Assembly (NCBI GenBank): GCA_964426525.1
Contig: CAYRQL010000008.1
Span: 149 to 64,148, forward strand
Direction: 5' to 3'
DNA from: an uncultured Actinomycetota bacterium
Lineage (GTDB): Bacteria; Actinomycetota; Aquicultoria; SKW223; CALKMS01
DNA length: 64,000 nucleotides
The position numbers and the translations under genes are program-made. Positions within the stretch are counted from its first letter, which is position 1. Each line of letters begins with the position of its first letter. Positions 62,536-64,000 of the stretch are shown piece by piece. A model generated the notes under the pieces. The model was not told the DNA's origin, did no database searches, and saw nothing but the letters and a program-made list of their open reading frames with translations.

Positions 62536-62755
62536 ATCCCCCTTAATCCCCCTTATAAATAAGGGGGAGAAATTAGACTCCTCTTTTTTTTAATCCCCCT
62601 TAATCCCCCTTATTCTAAGGGGGAAAACATGAGAGCTTATAAATAAGGAGGAGAGATAGTTGAAATATTCTAAGGGGGAGATAAAGAAGAGCTTATGAAT
62701 GAGGGTAAGAAATTAGACTCCTCCCTTTTCTAAAGGGAGGCCGGGAGGGATTACC
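62536..62755. repeat. degenerate tandem copies of the 108-bp C5/G5 repeat unit (one short, one expanded)
   Basis: Shares ATCCCCCTTAATCCCCCTTAT...TAAGGGGGAAAACATGAGAGCTTATAAATAA...CTCCTCCCTTTTCTAAAGGGAGG with 6479-6693. Confidence 0.75.
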
Positions 62756-62758
62756 ATT

Positions 62759-62835
62759 GTCATTACGAGCGACGACTATAGAGAGAGCGTGTCAATCTAA
62801 TGGATTGCTTCGGTTGCTATTGCAATCTTCTGCTG
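62759..62835. repeat. palindromic repeat element (GTCATTACGAGCGACG...GCGTGTCAATCT...GATTGC...GCAATC)
   Basis: Left arm matches the elements at 27400 and 6699. Confidence 0.55.
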
Positions 62836-62845
62836 CATTACTATA

Positions 62846-62874
62846 GAAAAAAGAGGCTTAGCAAGCTTCCTCTA
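62846..62874 (-). terminator. Rho-independent terminator of the minus-strand gene 62879-63664
   Basis: On the minus strand: AGAGGAAGCTTGCTAAGCCTCT followed by TTTTTT. Confidence 0.55.
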
Positions 62875-62878
62875 AGTT

Positions 62879-63664
62879 CTACTGTTCCCTTGCTTTAACT
62901 GTAATAATACGGATTTTCCAAAGATTCCCTTCTTTAACCAGAGCTGCCTCTAATGGTGCTGAACTTCCGTCTTTATAGATAACTTTACCTTCTAAACTGG
63001 CTTGGTTGTTATTGATCTTAACGGAACTAGTGTTAATTTTATCAATTCCTTGGTAATTTTCCGGATGTGTCTGGACAAACTCAGTGAAACCGCTTAAATC
63101 TACTTCTTTTTGAAGTTCCTGGCTTAAATAAGTATAAGCTTTAGCAAAATCGCCAGAAGTTGCGGCCTGAAGGTACTCTTCAACTACTTTCACTGGCGCT
63201 TGAAGGCTGCTAAAGAGAGTCAGCCCTCCACCAATGAAAAAGAAAGCCAGCAGGGCAATCAAAATCAAACAACCACAACCAGCGCAGCCCCCTAAAATCC
63301 ACCATTTTTTGGATTTCTTCTTTGGAGCAGGAGCTGTGGGTGGAGTAAAAGTAGTTTGAGGCGGACCTGTTTGAGTTGCTGGTTCTTGAAAAGTAGGTTG
63401 CTCAAAAGGTGGAGAAGTTTTTTTCAGAGGAAGTTTGAGGCTCTTGGATTGCGGGTGGTTTTGTTGGTGCCTGGTATTCAGACTCCGCAGATAGGGTTTG
63501 TCCAGTGGGGCCCGGAACTCCAGGGACAGGCGGGGTTGTTGGGACAATAGGCTCTTGAAAGTAAGTCGGAGTTTGAGAAGGGGTGGTTGGTGGTGTTGGT
63601 GAGATTGCTGGCGGTTCTTCTGAAGGGGTAAAAGTTGGCTCAGGAGATGTAGTTGACGGTTCAC
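62879..63664 (-). CDS. membrane-anchored protein: Pro/Thr-rich linker, single TM helix, NTF2-like (DUF4878-like) extracytoplasmic domain (downstream frame of a frameshifted gene)
   Basis: TM segment WWILGGCAGCGCLILIALLAFFFIGG. C-terminal domain resembles DUF4878 (FAKAYTYLSQELQKEV...KVIYKDGS...KEGNLWKI). The N-terminal about 90 aa of this frame are probably an out-of-frame artefact. Confidence 0.5.
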   Translation of the reverse strand: MNRQLHLLSQLLPLQKNRQQSHQHHQPPLLKLRLTFKSLLSQQPRLSLEFRAPLDKPYLRSLNTRHQQNHPQSKSLKLPLKKTSPPFEQPTFQEPATQTGPPQTTFTPPTAPAPKKKSKKWWILGGCAGCGCLILIALLAFFFIGGGLTLFSSLQAPVKVVEEYLQAATSGDFAKAYTYLSQELQKEVDLSGFTEFVQTHPENYQGIDKINTSSVKINNNQASLEGKVIYKDGSSAPLEAALVKEGNLWKIRIITVKAREQ

Positions 63665-63743
63665 TAATAGACTCTGGTTTGGCTTCTTCCCCTCCTTCTT
63701 TTATTTTTTCTTCTTCGGACTGAAATTCTTTTTCTTCGTCCAT
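63402..63743 (-). CDS. acidic, Pro/Thr-rich N-terminal segment (upstream frame of the same frameshifted gene)
   Basis: Strong RBS AAGGAGGGAG before the ATG at 63743. Frame is offset by +1 relative to 62879-63664 across the overlap 63402-63664. Confidence 0.45.
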   Translation of the reverse strand: MDEEKEFQSEEEKIKEGGEEAKPESISEPSTTSPEPTFTPSEEPPAISPTPPTTPSQTPTYFQEPIVPTTPPVPGVPGPTGQTLSAESEYQAPTKPPAIQEPQTSSEKNFSTF

Positions 63744-63774
63744 TTTCTCCCTCCTTTAAGATCTTATTGCCGCA

Positions 63775-64000
63775 TTACTGCGTTTTTTCCTGGTAAAGTT
63801 TATCAGCTGAGTTTCTAAAGCTTTCAGCTTCAGTCTCAAGTCGATTTAGTTTTTCGGTGAACTGCTTTAGAAAAGTGTCGATTAGCTTGTCAGCGCTTAA
63901 ACCAGAGAGGTTTATTTTTTTAAGCTGATTTGAAGTAGCCTCGATTTGTTTGAGAAGTTTCTTGGCTAACGAAGTTTGGGATTTTTTTAGTGCTTTATTT
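63775..64000 (-). CDS. C-terminal fragment of a coiled-coil protein (continues beyond the window)
   Basis: Minus-strand open frame from the window edge down to the TAA at 63777-63775 (...LKKINLSGLSADKLIDTFLKQFTEKLNRLETEAESFRNSADKLYQEKTQ*). Confidence 0.4.
   Translation of the reverse strand, partial: NKALKKSQTSLAKKLLKQIEATSNQLKKINLSGLSADKLIDTFLKQFTEKLNRLETEAESFRNSADKLYQEKTQ

Noticed and set aside
62305-62562. Plus-strand ORFs 62305-62562, 61925-62110 and 62028-62213
   Set aside because: They lie within the repeat locus or antisense to the minus-strand gene, with no RBS. They are most likely non-coding.
61885-64000. Prophage, IS or defence island at the window end
   Set aside because: No integrase, transposase, nuclease or helicase ORFs are present, only structural/coiled-coil and NTF2-like proteins plus non-coding repeats.

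Overview
This 64-kb window is core chromosome from a low-GC, Firmicutes-like (Clostridia-like) bacterium. The gene order matches the Bacillus/Clostridium yac region and ribosomal superoperon. From left to right it contains panBCD, nadBC, a DedA-family membrane protein, birA-bioY, coaX and a small uncharacterized island (8.2-11.3 kb). Then come hisG, greA, lysS, clpC-radA-disA-yacL-ispD-ispF-gltX-cysE-cysS-rlmB-yacP, and a tufB-type tRNA cluster (Thr, Tyr, Thr, Met, tuf, rpmG, tRNA-Trp). The rest is secE-nusG-rplKAJL-rpoBC, the str operon (rpsL-rpsG-fusA-tuf), the complete S10/spc/alpha operons through rplQ, and ecfA1-ecfA2-ecfT-truA. The window ends with minus-strand accessory genes where rplM-rpsI would normally follow truA. 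Several ribosomal proteins and adenylate kinase are zinc-ribbon (Cys4) forms, which suggests a thermophilic or anaerobic lifestyle. No defence or mobile-element genes were found. The candidate for a previously undescribed system is a divergently regulated three-gene island (8275-11295) whose last gene resembles cyanobacterial acyl-ACP reductase (AAR) with no alkane partner gene. Other non-core features: (i) a composite repeat family (about 80-110 bp palindromic elements with GTCATTnCGAGC termini flanking about 108-bp tandem units that carry G5/C5 hairpins and an SD-preceded 5-codon mini-ORF) at two loci plus a solo fragment; (ii) two 100% identical tuf copies whose EF-Tu has an unusual Cys4 insertion; (iii) a frameshifted Pro/Thr-rich membrane protein with an NTF2-like (DUF4878-like) ectodomain, the minus-strand genes and a synteny break after truA.
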